Shown: one piece after another, positions 25,303 through 39,800 of the stretch | Position numbering within the stretch: the stretch's first letter is position 1 | Layout: every line of letters begins with the position of its first letter | Source of the DNA: Lingula anatina | Lineage: Eukaryota > Animalia > Brachiopoda | DNA length: 64,000 bases | NCBI GenBank assembly: GCA_051362555.1 | Contig: CM120646.1 | Location: forward strand, 3,472,001-3,536,000 | Direction of reading: 5' to 3' | The notes under the pieces: model-generated | Told to the model about the DNA's origin: nothing | The model's input: only the letters and a program-made list of their open reading frames with translations | Databases searched by the model: none | Translations under genes and position numbers: made by a program

Positions 25303-28300
25303 ATGGGCCTGAAAACTTGTGACAACCACAACTGCTTTACGAAAAAGAAGTTGCCTGCGCCAGAAAACGTGAGTTTTCATATATCTGTTATTGGTTTCAT
25401 TCGCTAATTAATAAAGCATGCACTTTGGAGTTGGCATATAAGGGATGCATATGAAATTTCATAATTGATTCGCGGCTCAATCAGCATGCATAAAAATGAG
25501 CTTACATACGATCCTGTTGTTCTGTTGAGTTGCCCATAGACAATAATGGAAAATGTATAAGTTCACCCAAAATGTAGGATGGTAAGGATTCGTAGTAAGT
25601 TGACCTACTTTCTCGGTGCATCAGCTGCGTACTTTTGAGGTCAGCGCCTCGAAACTCGTTCTACTATAAAAAATGTAAACAAATGTAGCACGTGACCTGT
25701 AAAACAGCTGTTGCACTGAAACGTTTAGGCTTGTTGTAGCTGAGCGAAGTATGTAACCTCATATATTGTGCGTGCTGAAGCATACCTGAAATATGCACTG
25801 TAGCAGTAAGACTCAGTATTCCAGATTTGCTCATTTTCCGCATCAATGCAACAGAAAAGCGCAAAGTATAATCTTTTACTTAGTAAATATCGATGCAAAA
25901 GCGCTGAAATTAAAGCTTAAAAATATCATACAACATGAGGACAAAATATTTTATATTAAAAGCGCTTTTTCCAAAGTGATTAATACAATTATCCCATCAT
26001 TTACTGCAGATCGACTTCGGCCTGATGTTTGACGTCGACGGCGTGATAGCGCGCGGCTCGGCCATCCTCGAGGCAGCTAAGAAAATGATGAAGCTGTTGT
26101 ACGACGCTAATGGTCATATGATTGTCCCAACAACCTTTGTGACAAACTCTTGCAGTCCCAGAGCCGACAAAGCAAAGTCCTTGTCTGAGGGATTGGGTGT
26201 TACAGTAAGCATTAATTTATTCGTAATTAATTAATTTAAACCTTATAAACTAGCGACGTAAAAATGTAATTTGATAATTTCGAGCAACATTTATTTTTAT
26301 CCAGTTCTCCTAGTCGTCATGCTTTGCCTGCATGATTTTGGAAGGTCATATTTGCCTCACTATTTGAACTGAATGAGATCAAACAGTTTACATACAGCAG
26401 GTTTGATCCAGTCTTCACTATCTTATGCAAAGTCCTTGCGACCTTTTACCATGTTACTTATTTATACTCCAAAGCTTGTGCAAAATTCTCTACAATGCGG
26501 CATGTTTCTAGCGTTGATCTCTGCAGTAAATCGTTGTAGTAAATATCAAATGAAAATGACCGAATCAGCTAATACAACTTTTTCTTTAAAGCGCCCTTTG
26601 TTGCGTCGTTTCAGGTCGTTCCCGAGCAGATCATAAACGCCCAGGCCCCGCTGTCCATGTTCAAAGAATGGCACGACAAACACATACTGTTCCTAGGTCA
26701 GGGACCCCTCCGAGAGCAAGCTAAAGAGTATCCTTTTACACTTCATACGATGTCAGTCTAACTTTGATTATTTCCCCTGATCTACTTAGTTTATTGTAGT
26801 AGGAAAGGCAAATTATGAGAGAGTTCAGTCGACTTGGTCAGATAGTACAGCCCTTATAGGCTTTTTATACTAGTCGGCTCAGTCAAGGTGTCTAGCCAAT
26901 GACCAGCGTTGTCGGTAATTATTTCACTCAGGTAGTGATAATCTTTCAAAATTTGGATTTTGTCAGAAGTGACAAAATATTTTGACTGACAGTAATATAT
27001 ATACGCTCAGGCTGTCAAAATTAAGTTTATACCAGCCAAGATATACCCAGTATAGCAGTAAGTTTAGTAGATAATTAATAATTAATATCAGCTGCCCCGA
27101 TTTGTTACATAAGAAATTATGGCCTCAAACTAGATCACGGGGGTTAATAACATCAGCCCCCTTTATGCAACCTGAATTATTTTTAGGATAATAGAAACAT
27201 TGACATAAGGAAGCGGGTCAGTAAATGTCAATAAACAACTCGAACAGTTTGACCCAGGGTCAAGGACGTGATCAGCTCTAAGATTATGACAGAAATTAAG
27301 GTACAAGTCCAAATGTGGAGTGCGAAAGCGCTAGTAGGCCTAAATATAACTTTTAGTTTGACATTTAGAGATGTCAAAATTTATGCCAACATTCTATCAA
27401 AAGGAAAGGGTATCAACCTTTTGTTTGTGCGGAGTTTTTCTAGAGTATACATTGGCGTTTTATCAATTACGTAGGGTGTCATGGTGCCTGGGACACACCC
27501 TGAGTTCTGAGGCGATCACGTTGACTTTATTTCCCCTCCCCCCCCCCCCCACCCCCCAATCACCCTGAGTTGAAGCATATTGTCAGTGCCCCACCTCGAC
27601 CCATCAGTGAACACACGCCCTCCGTTCCTTGCAACATTGGATAGAGAAATGTAGCTGCTGGGTTTGTAGATAAGCATACGAACTGCATTTGGAGTCTTAA
27701 ACTCAGGGTGCTGGAAGACAGTGCAATGACCGTTGTTGTTGACTAAACTTTTAGCAGTTTGAGGCTTATCTGAAAATGAGTGCATGCGATTGAAAAGTCT
27801 CCGGTCATATTATTTGGAGGTTATTTTTAGTACTTTAATTCAATATTGACACAAGGGGGTCACATCTTAAAGTGTTTGAGAACTTTTACGGAACCCGTAA
27901 ACACATATGCTTCATCTAAATATTTATTTGCAGGTTCACACAGAAACGAATACTTTTTATACCATAAACAGCTGGTCACATTATTTTTATTTAATGTCTA
28001 CGAACATGTCATACAGTTACTTATTCGTGTGCATAACTAATAGCAACAGAACAGTTGCTTTATATTAAAATTCTGTTGCAAACATTTCCTTAACTCAGTG
28101 ACTAGATTGGGTTTTACAAATGTCTGCACAATGGACGATGTTTGCGAGGCTTATCCACTTTTGGACGTGGTCAACCACGAAAACAGAAAAAGAATAGTAA
28201 GTAATCTTATTATTTCCCCTTGGTCTCTTATAGTTTTTTCGTTATTGTTGCGCTGTAGATATTTTCCAACTGTCATGAATCGTGATACGACACTAGAGTT

Positions 28301-30272
28301 ATACAAAGATGAAGCTTAGTATTATTTTTATTTCAGTAATCTTATTTCTGTTCGTAATGTTTCACGTCATAAATTTCAATCACTCACATCGGGAAAATTG
28401 ACATAAAAACGCACCAAAACACGTTACGATGGCATCACGGTATTTAACGGTCACTTAACATCATCCATGGCAAGAGAACACTTTTTTAATTTTAATAATC
28501 TTATTTGCGGACGAAAAATTTAATATTATATTCTATACCATAAAATCTCATTTTCCAGGCCAGAGAACACCCTTCGGGAAAAACATTTCCAAGAGTCGAG
28601 GCTATGGTGATCATAGGTGAACCAGACCGTTGGGACTGCCACCTTCAGCTGCTCATCGACCTCTTGATCACTGACGGTATGCCAACGCAGCCACCAAAGG
28701 CGTTCCCCGAGCACAATCTTCCCATCCTGGCCTGCAACATGGACCTAGTTTTTATGGCGGAGGCCTGCATGCCTCGCTACGGCAATGGCGCGTTCCTGAT
28801 CTGTCTGGAAGCTTTATACAAGGTACGGACGATTGTTTTTTATTGTCTAATTTCTTAGGAAGGGACGGGTGGAAAAAAGCAGGTATCTTTATGTTTGTTT
28901 TTTTCTATCCCAATTCTTCCTAACAAACGTCTGTCTACATCCACTGAAAAAAAAAATACATAAATAGGAGAAAAAAATGAAGTAAAGGAGAAAACGTGCG
29001 AAAATAGTATTTTGTACACCCGGTCACAAAGTAGGCTTTGTTTGTGATGCGAGGAAGAAATGAGAGATACTGTTTTGACTTTGGCGTTTAACTTTAAACA
29101 AACAAAAACGCGGGGTTAAGGATGCACTTGTATTGGCTTAAACCTTAGTTATCACTTGGGGGCATAACTTAACTCGTCCTGGGTTGACGTTAGAGGCAGT
29201 GGGTCAAGTGGTCTAGTTCTTTATACCCTATCGTTCAAGGTTAAGTAAATTTCTCAAAGAATTCTTTTCATCGCGTTATGTCTCAATAAGAAGAAAAAAA
29301 AAATAGAAAATTATCGTAACGTGTAAGTTATCTGTATCCCTGCAAACAGTTGTACCTAAGAGATCCAGTAAGATGACTAAGAACATACAGGTGAACGATC
29401 GGTTCATTTTATATTTCAGAAAATCACCGGCAGTGAGCTGGAATATACCGCACTAATTGGCAAGCCAAGTGAAATCACCTACCGCCATGCAGAGCACGTG
29501 CTAGCAACACTGGCCAAAGGTTTGGGCATCAAGAAACCACTTAGGAAATTGTACATGTTTGGGTAAGTTTTGATATGAGTTAATATGATTTTTGTAATAT
29601 TATAATATATCTATTTTGTATTTTTGCTTCATTGTAAGTGAATTATTTAACAAGTCTACTTATGCTGGTATCTAGTAATGTGACGTATCCACTCACTCAA
29701 TATTTCCACCAAGTTATAAGTACTGGATAAATACTCGTAATATGGAGGCACGTCTTTGTCAGTCTGGCCACACAACCTAACCATGTCTTGTATTGTATTT
29801 TTTCAGTGACAACCCCGAAGTTGACATCGTGGGCGCCAGCTTGTACGATAAATACATCAAATGTACACACAGGCTTAGCGACACCAGCAGTAGTAGCAGT
29901 AGCAGCGAGTCCAGCGACGAGGAGTCAGATCACAGTAACAACAACCACCACCACCACCATCACCACGACTTGCTTGCTCAGGGGAGCATCGAGGAAGAGG
30001 CTATTCCCGTAAAATCCCGAAGAATACCGAAAGGTGTCGAGTTTAGCGAGCAGACGGCAGACGCGTGCGAGGGCATTCTGGTCGGGACTGGCGTGTACAA
30101 CCCCACGACCACTGACCTCCGTGATACTACGAAGCCAAGCTACGGCCACAGGGACATTGAGAGCGACGTCACATTAAAACTCCCCGGCCAGTTCTCGCCC
30201 GATGTTTACGAAGGCGTTAAGTTCGTTTTCGAAAAAGAGGGCGTGGCTATTCCAACTGACATCACGGGTTGA
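25303..30272 (+). CDS. HDHD5: Haloacid dehalogenase-like hydrolase domain-containing 5 (CECR5-like), 7 exons: 25303-25368, 26010-26204, 26615-26727, 28106-28196, 28559-28822, 29420-29562, 29807-30272
   Basis: HAD class IIA motifs FGLMFDVDGV, FVTN, CNMDLVFMAEACMPRYGNGAF, IGKPS, GDNPEVDI and ILVGTGVY; all junctions are in frame. Confidence 0.92.
26728..28105 (+). other. U12-type (minor spliceosome) GT-AG intron in HDHD5
   Basis: 5' splice site GTATCCTTT; branch site TTCCTTAAC at 28086-28094, 11 nt before the intron end (TAG); frame restored (KE-LGFTNV). Confidence 0.9.
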
Positions 30273-33200
30273 TTGCTACTTCAACAGACGCTCAATTAAT
30301 TTATGAAATTTTGCCCAACGTTCCGCAACATGTCATTCCGTCATTGGTGAGTGACCGAGAAGTACTGGACACGATGCAGTGGGTGTGGCTAGTGATGAAA
30401 ACTGACTTCTGATTGGTTGAAAATCAAGACACACCCTTGTTGGACAGATTTTTTCCGACTGCTCAAACTTGGACGTCGGTTACAAAAGAAAAGTACATCA
30501 AATGGGTCCACTGCGGTTGCGGCTGGAAATTGCAAGATGCTGATCTCATTTTGTACGCCATTTTCACGCAGTATTATGATAGCTTTACAGTATTTTATAT
30601 TATATTTTTGGATTATGACATTGTCTCTGTAATATCTTTACGGAAGTCATAAATCGCAGTATTTCAATAGCTTTACAGTAGGCCTGTTTCTGAATGTATT
30701 ATTATTTTTTAGAATTATGACATTGTCTCAGTAAGATTTTGCCGTAGATCGGATACGATCTCTGCCCAGGCGGTTTGGTTGTATATGTACGTTCAGTATT
30801 GCACTTTAGACTTCGCGCATCTGTAGCACGCCAAAGTTGTTGTGTTTCTTGTATTTAGACTTAATTATGTCACTTTCTCTGGCCTCCATTGTCGCTGGAT
30901 GACAAAATATTTCTGTGAGGCAGTTACTATAAAATACCTCTTGAGTATATTTTATTGAAAGCTTTTCCACATTATTATGTTGAAGCTTATTGCAGAGATT
31001 TGTTTAAAACAAGCGTTTACTTGCATTATTAGTAACTTATCCACTGTATATAACCTTGTACATGTGTACATTCCTTGTTAATTGTTGAATAAAATATAAT
31101 AAAATGAAGAAAGTACTGTCTCTTTTGTTTGAATCGTTGCAAATTCGGGGTTTTGTTAAAGGGGGAGATACTGGCAGGGGTAGCGTTCTCGCTTTAGACC
31201 CTTTAGAAAATTTACCTTACTGGTTATATGACAATATAATTCTTTCATTACTCGCTTAATCTAGGATCCAAAATATTAAACGACAATACCGTCTATGGTA
31301 ATGAGATGAGACCGACTACAAAATGGTTCTTTCGTGAAACACGTATCATTTGATATCTTTCGTTTTTTTTTTATTTTGTCAGAATTTCCTGAAAAAGCCT
31401 AGAAGTACATAAGTCAACTAATGAAATGGAATGTAAACGCCTTGCAGTCCAAAAACGATTTATATAACATCAACTTGTGCAGGGTGAAACAGTGTAATAG
31501 ATTGTCACAACCTTCCTTGGAGTCAATGTGTCAAATATTGGAGTCGTCTCAACTACCGCATTTTATCATCACTGCTGCTCCTCTTTCAGCACGCCATTCT
31601 GGGGTAAGGGTACGAATTCGCAATTTTTTACAGAACAGGTTTACATAATTTCCAATTGAACATCTCATTTTAATTACTTCTGATCACAAATTTATGAATT
31701 ATTTCTTTTTATATCTTATTAGATACATCATGAGTCGTTGCTGTATACAAAAACGGAAAGATTGTCTCGCTGCGTGCAGTCTCAATATAGAGAACTCTTT
31801 TTCAGTTCATCACGCAAAATCAACTTTGTCTTTTAGGTGAAAAATGCCAAATATTCTTAAAATAAATGAAAAATCATAAGATGTAACCTTCAATAGTTCT
31901 GCAGATGTCAGCCTTTCTTATCTGGGGATTGCTGATAAGATCCAATTCACTTATAAGTTTTTTTTTCATCTCATGACAAAAAAGAATATTATGTATGTTT
32001 AATACTAAATGTATAGGGCACAGAACTAACGAACCCGTTCTCTAGCATCTTGCATAACACATTATTAAGACAGCAAGTGGTTATCTACTGGCTAAGCGCA
32101 CATGCATACTGGAAATAAGCTTAGCGGGCTACAACTGCTACCTATCAAAATTAAGTCTACCAGTAGATTCTATGCCATTTCTCTTGTCTGGTCGATTAAG
32201 GTGGCAAAAATGTCCATCTTCTTCCAGAAATTGAAATTGCTGGCTAGAGGCCTGGAATAGAATACGAATTTAAATTAATACACCATCTAATATTTATAAG
32301 GGTAGAAAAACGCTGTTCAATTTATTATGAATGAAGGGTGCTAACTACTGTACATGTATAGATGTAGTTATTTCTGTGAAAAAAATGACCCACATCAAAT
32401 CATTATTAAAATGACAAATTTAATAAGACTATTCCATATGATATCAGAATAAAATACAAAGGGTACCAGTTTCAGTCATTTGGCATAGGAAAGAGTATTT
32501 TGGTGTAAAACTCCCAAGCCTGATATGACAGTTAATGCATTGTCTAAGATGCCATATTACCGCCATCTTGTAATCTGACGTGAAACATACTTAGGATGCA
32601 GCCAGTTTGATAAGCATACAAAGCTATAATATTGAATACTAATAGTTAGATTACACTCCATTTTTGTGCATAAAACGACACATTTCTAATTTATTCATCT
32701 CACAAATGACTGAAATATATTTCTATATGTCATTTTATCTGTTAAAATCGTTTTTATATATTTACATGTTAGCTAAATCATCCATTTTTATTGTAAACTA
32801 AATAGGAAAAGTACAGCCAACTCTTACACAAACAGCACGATTTGCCCTCTAGGACTGTCCAGTGAGTTCGGATGTAAGTTTAAATGACATATCCCGAGTT
32901 TATTGGCACTCTTTCTCTTCTGAATTAAGGGCACACTGAAATATGTTACAGAACCACCTTAAAGCCCGACAGGATGTTGTAAAAAATCTCTGAAACACAC
33001 ACAATAATTTATTTTGCAAATGTGCAAGTTTCAGTGTTTGGAAAGAGAAATCTATTTAATTTAACTATTTGAGAATTTAAAGTAAGCAGTTCCATTCTGA
33101 GGTAACAGGTTTCGTGCATTTGTGAGAAAATTTAAGTGTTCGGGAGTGCCTTTCTTAGGTAATACATTAATTCTATACAAGGTTTTGCACCAAATCTAAT

Positions 33201-33493
33201 TTCTAATTTGAGTCGAGAAAAATGCAATTTTCTCTAATAAAATTATTATGTAAGCTGTCCCTGCACTAGGCTTCATTTTTGCTGTACCGTTTCTAATTAA
33301 ATGCACCAGTTCTTCATGATTCAAATGTATGTGGTTATTATGTACCATTTCATTCTCCAAACAAGAAAAAATGTTTAGACAATATCTAGGAAATGAGATT
33401 TGGTTCCTAAAGACCTTTATGCATATATACTACCATTTCTTGATATAGTATTCATTGTAGTTAACCAGTTATAATATTAGTTTCAGTGTTACA

Positions 33494-34468
33494 ATGATCA
33501 GGCGCCGCCTGGTGGAGTACTGGGCCCACAAACCGGGGAGGTGGAACAAACACAGAATCTACGACGTCATATGGAGTAGCGGTGTGAATTTGCTACTTGC
33601 TCTTTCTTCAGGATGCTTAGGATACTTAGCATACAGCGTATATGCTTTAAAGACATGTAAGTTTTCCATCTTACGTGTAGGGAGTGACTTGTTGAAAACA
33701 TACACTTTTGGAAGATCTGGCAGAGTTTACAAGAGTTTACAAGATTCAACGTAATTTGTAAAATAATGGAATAGCATTTAAAAGGAAACACCTCTGCATG
33801 ACCTTATAGATACCCTGCTGCTAACAAAAGAGGGCAGCACCTCTTGGTCTGATATACAATTTACATCAAGTTATACCAAAACAAATGTTAAATTATTTCC
33901 CCTTTAACACAATTACATATAAACTTCTTCACACTTATATTTTACGAGAATTTGGAAAATAATATGAAAGGCTTGTATGGTGAGTTGGGTGTTGGGAATA
34001 CTGCTAAAATCGATACAAAAGTTCCTTGCAATTACTGAGTACATTTTTGGCCTACAGAAATTTGGAGTTCAGTTCTAAGTGTCCTTGAACAGAGTGACAT
34101 GTGCCCCTAGTTTGTTAGTTAATCATTGAATTAAGTCATGTCAGAACTGCCTTATTTCCAGGTTTCAGTGATGAGACTGTCATTTAGGGATACAGACAGA
34201 AAATATGGCTCCCAAAAAGTCAGAAAATCACCCAGTTGTCAGAAATATCTCATCCGCGAGGTTTACGGAGAGGAAAACAAAGACCTATTGAATGGCTTTA
34301 ATGAGAAACTGCTTAACTCCTATTTCTCTTTCAGATTATGCACCTTTACACAGAAAAAAGTGTGACATGCTCCTGGAGAGATATAACCAGAAACAGTTAG
34401 AAGAAGCAAAATTGCTGGAAGAAATGGAAATACCAGACGCTCCCAGTAGTCCAGCTCAGGGACAGTAA
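33494..34468 (+). CDS. Small (98 aa) single-pass membrane protein, possibly COX14-like (exons 33494-33656, 34335-34468)
   Basis: Acceptor just before the ATG; phase-1 T|GTAAGT...TTTCAG| junction in frame; basic N-terminus, hydrophobic segment (GVNLLLALSSGCLGYLAYSVYAL) and charged helical tail. Family identity is tentative. Confidence 0.65.
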
Positions 34469-35649
34469 CGCTATTTATAAACAGCGGCCAAAGTAATGGG
34501 ACTCGGAAGTGGAGATGTATTGTTACACTTGATATCGACTATAGATAACTTCTGTAAATAGTTGGAGTCGGCACTTCAGTTGCCAGTAACGTACTGTTGC
34601 AAAGAAGTGGCAATTGTACATTGTTTGAGAATAATTTCCTTAAAAATCGATTTTTACAAACCTGTGTTTAAAAATGGATTTGCTGCACAGCCAGGTCTAA
34701 TGTCAGTTGTGGAATTTATTTATATATTATTTTTATATCATCGCCTTGCCGACTGAAAACATGATGCAGGAATTGTTCAAGATCTGGATCTGACAGTGGC
34801 TGACAAAAAGGTGTAACCAAACTTTTATAAAAAAAAAAAAAATGTTTGCATTTTATGATGCCAGTATCTTGAGAAGAGCAAGCTCTTAAGTCAGTCGTAT
34901 TAAAAGTTGTTCAAATAATTGCTTTGCTGACTGGAGGTATGACACGGAAATGATTCCAAATCTGACAGTGGTTGTCACAAGTGTGTAACCCAACTTTTAT
35001 CAAATAAATAAAGTTTGCATTTTATAATGCTAGAAACTTGAGAAGAGCATATCATATGAAATCAAAGACACAAAAAAGCGACCCTCTTTTGAAAATGTGA
35101 TACCCTTGTTTATTTTGAATTGAGAACACGGGATGCTGAAGTACAAGAGGTTCATTAATTTCCCAAATGAAAATGTAATATAATCTGCAGACACTGTGTG
35201 TGTAGGCTCCTAGTAGTGTCAAAGATGGAAGCTGTTACAGTGTTCTAAAATTATTACAAATGATTCAACAGAACAGGTTAAAACCTGAGGATTTTTGCAG
35301 GAAGCAGACATTTTGATGGTATCCAGTTGCTAAGCAACCCCAAGCTGAGCTGTTGGCACAAAAACCTTGAGGTTTACTGAGGCTCAGCAAAGCACCTTTT
35401 TATGTACAGACACAGATTTATCTGTGCATATAGCTGTCACCTGTCTGTCATTTCTGTGCACTTCCACAGATAACATGATGACATGAAAACTATTTCACCT
35501 ATTGTCTTCAAACTTACAAAACTGATGAATACTCATAAAAAGCAAGTTAAAAAAAAACAGCTCAATTGTTATTATTATTATTTTGTTTTTCAGTATATTT
35601 ATAGTTATAAATAATCTTCATTGAAATATGGCAACCTGAAGGTTGAAGT

Positions 35650-35705
<56 letters not shown>

Positions 35706-36818
35706 CTTTTTTTTAAATTTATTTTAAGACAAAAGCCTGGTCAATTTTGGCCCTGTTGCACACTATAGGTTGTCGCTCTCGCCTCCCTGGGGAGTTAGCA
35801 ATACATATAACTGGACTGGTCCAATTTAGGAGGTCCAAACGTAATTACCCTACCGGGGAATTTCCTTCCTTTCACAAGTATTCCACAAGACCACTTCTGG
35901 CCGTAAAGTTAATTGACCTTACAGTTGGAAGTGGCCTTGTAGAGGACTAGCATTCAGTGCGGGTCGGGTGGAGGGCTTTCCTATGTAAAAGTCAGGCTCC
36001 CGAGTTGTCCATCTGCAAGGTGAAATGGGTCACTTTAACATACTGCTCCATGTGAATAGGACCAAAGGCCCTTCAAACTGACCCAAGCATTTACTCGTTT
36101 TTTTAACAAATTCCAGTTCTCAGTTTTAGATCATTTATTACTGGAAGCCATATATTTAAGGCAACATTTAATGGCACAGTCAGACATCTGAATCTATGTA
36201 CAAATATTACAGGTATTTTTTCATCCTTTTTGGCCAAAGTGAGACAAATATTTCTACTCTTCTTCAGAGAAATATAAATAATATTCATGAGGGCAAGTCT
36301 TACACAAAGCTGATAGTTTACAGAAATTAACAATAGCTGTTCACCCAAACCTTGCTCAAGTAAATAAATAAATGTCACTGAATGTTTTCTTGGATATATC
36401 AAATAGATGCTATTCCAAAATAGGATTGGAACTCAAATATTTCTTTCTCTTTGATTAATCGCACAGAATTCGAGGTGACGTGGCAATCTTTTTTTTTTCC
36501 AGCACAGGTCCTCTTCGATAAAAACTTTCATATTTCCACTATCAGATGTACAGAGAGAAAGAGAACCAAAAATGGAAAGAAATGCAGCAACTTTTCCCAA
36601 ATTGTCCAGCCAGTCAATTTCTCAGCCTTAATATTCTCAAAAGTTTTAGCCTACACCTTAGTGAAGTTTGTCAATTTACATCTTAGTCTTTATTCTTTGC
36701 ATCTTTCCCAGATTTGAAATACTTTGACAATAACCTAAATATCCATCCTTGGCACATTTCCTTTTAGGGTTCCAATACTTGGATTAGTTGACAAGTATCT
36801 TTAAGTTAGTTTTTTTTC

Positions 36819-39800
36819 TTATTTTTCATCCTTTGCGTCTTTCCTCTGGGGGTTGACATACCAACCCAACACAAGTCGATCAAAGCCACAGGTGAACAAG
36901 TTACACGTCGGACTGTCTTCATCCCATGCTGCAGCACATACCATCCTGCTGTGACCCTTGACAACAAGACATGTAGATAAGAATAGTGTAAAATGGCAAA
37001 AATGTAATGTTAACTGCAATTAAAGTGGGCCCTGTCTCTGATTAATGATACTCGACATGCTGTAATATTGGTTTTTATTGTTTTTACTCTATTATAAGTA
37101 TGTATTAAACATGAATAAACAATAAGACCATGACTGAGAAAGATTGAGCATGACAGAGAGGAAAAGGAAATAAGGCTGAAAGAGAGAGAGAGAAGGAAAA
37201 TGGAGGGATAATGATTCTCCTTGACAACACTTAGTGATAAAAAGAAAAGCCGGACAACGTACAACTCTGTTGCTCCTGGGCAGTCTTCCCAGTCTGACTC
37301 CATTGATGTCATACAGCCGGATGTGTCTGTTGTCCTGTGGGATGGCCAGGATCTGGTGACTGGGGGACACAGCTAACCTGAAGAGTCACATCATATATAT
37401 ATCATAAGTCATGTTACACCAATGGTCAAGTAAAGGTGGTTCTCTTCTTGCATTGCTATCAATTCTTGGTATACAGAAACCTCGGCTTATGTCTGATGAT
37501 TTCGTGACACATCTAACCCCAAAACTAAGTTGCATTATCAAAAGCTTAAGTTGCATTATCAAAAGCTATGAAATAATAAGGCAGCAGTGCTGGCACATAT
37601 ATAATCAGTTAGCATAAGAAAAGTAATGCTGACTGCTCTATTTTAAAATACTTATCGTTCTTTTTTCATGAATAACCTCATTGTAATAAACCCCTTAACC
37701 TGTGTAAAGGTGCATCTGCTCTGATAGTATCCATGGAAACCTATTTACCTGTTTACAGGGGCATCTATCCTGACAGTCTCCATGGAAACCTATTTACCTG
37801 TTTACAGGAGCATCTGTTCTGAAAGTCTCCGTAGAAACCTATTTACCTGTTTACGGGAGCATCTGTCCTGATAGTTTCCATGGGGGATCTCATGTTCTTC
37901 AGGTCCCAAATCTTCACGGATCTGTCATCACTCCCGGACACAATCTTATCTGCAGCAACAAAGACTGCAGTAGTCACTGGTCTGAAATGATAAAACTGAA
38001 TCATATACCAGCCATTTCAACACCAATTTAAGTTAATAATCACATGCTGAAGGCTGGGTGCATATGTTTCTTTTTTTTCTTGCTCTACTAAAATATACCA
38101 ATTTTTTTCACAGAAATTTAAATCAAATGTTTAAACATGAAAGTGTTGTGACAGATACACAGAGTTTAAACACAGAATATATAGCACACCTAATTTTGTT
38201 TTTTAAAAAATTATTTCAAGTTACTTTATCAACTTTACTGAGCAATTTTATAGTCCATTTGATGGAGCATGAAATAAAGGAGCACTCTCTATTGTTAAAT
38301 GTTTACTACTTGAATCAGTTCTTGAGCTTTAAACCATGACTGGATGCAAGGAATTTTTCACAGTCCACTAAAGAACTACCCACTCTGTATGTCCCTGGAA
38401 GACATTCAGCTGCATGGAGGGATTCCTGAAGTCCCACAGTCTGAAAGTGGTGTCCTTGGAGGAGGTGACCACTAGTTTCTGGACTGGGTGGGTGCACACA
38501 TTGGTCAGTTCCTTCTCATGACCTGATGGGAAGAAATAGGATTATACAAATAATATTTTTAAAAATATCAGCAGTTTTTGTGTTTGGGCCATTCAAAGTC
38601 CATTAATCTACTGCCACAAAAGAGATACAGCAGCAAGTAAGGCTTCGTTCACATGCAATGTCTATTTTCTAAATTCTATTTTCTATTTGCGGTATGTCTT
38701 ATGATCACGGTCTGTGCCCTGAATATCCCGCCGCGTAATTACTGGCAGCGCGAGCCAGTTACTATAAGTTACTTTAAGTAACTGGCTCGCGCTGCCGGTA
38801 ATTACGCCGCGGGATATTCAGGGCACTGACCATGATCATAAGATACCGTGAATAGAAAATAGATTTTTAGAAAATAGACATTGCATGTGAACGAAGCCTT
38901 ACACAACATATGAACCAAATTTTACTGGCCCAGATGAAATGTTTGCCATAGTTCTGGTACAGACCTTTCAGACTGCTTGGATGCTGCCTAAATAAAATCA
39001 AAAACAAAAAAATTCATTTTGCATAATTATGTCTGGTCACTGACCTTGAAGAGTATTGAGTATAGCGCCTGTGTCCACATCGTACAAGATGGCGGTCCTA
39101 TCCCATGATGCTGTGATGACCTCTCGACCCCCAGCCATCCAATCAGCTGCCACCACTACATTGCTGTGACCTGTGAGATCCGTCTGTGGTACACGGATCA
39201 CATTGGCGTCAAACATGTGGTATTCATCCGAAGCTAGAAAGAGGTCCATAAGTTATCCATAAATATGTGCATTGGTGATGGTTGGTCATTATGAGAGTGT
39301 ATGAGATATCTGTCTCTTTTTGCATTAAACTATTTTCATATTAATAATATTACAGTAATATGTTGGTGCAAATGGAACTCCTCAAAAAACATATTTTGCA
39401 ATACTAGTTTCTCAAAGAAAAATTACACTTTGTTATTATTATTACCTCCGCCAAGGAGGTTATGTTTTCACCACTGTTTGTCTGTTTGTTTGTCTGTCAT
39501 CAACATAACTCAAGAAGTTATGGACCAATTTTGATGAAATTTTCAGGGTAGGTCAGAAATGGGTTAACTTAGAAGTGATTAGTATTTGGTGGTGATCCAG
39601 ATCAATAATCAATAATAATAAAAAACTGCTGCCTTGGCGGGGTCTGCGTTCTTGGAGTGCTTGTATAGTTATTATTATTATTATTTCATAATTATTACTT
39701 TTTTACACCAATCAGTCTGTCTGTCTGTCTATTGTCTTTCTACATCATTAGTGTCAATGAGATTGAAAACATCTGCCGCCAAATATAAATCAGGATTGGC

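Noticed and set aside
34788-35050. ~90-bp direct duplication downstream of the small membrane-protein gene
   Set aside because: Ordinary local duplication in a probable 3' UTR with no evidence of function.
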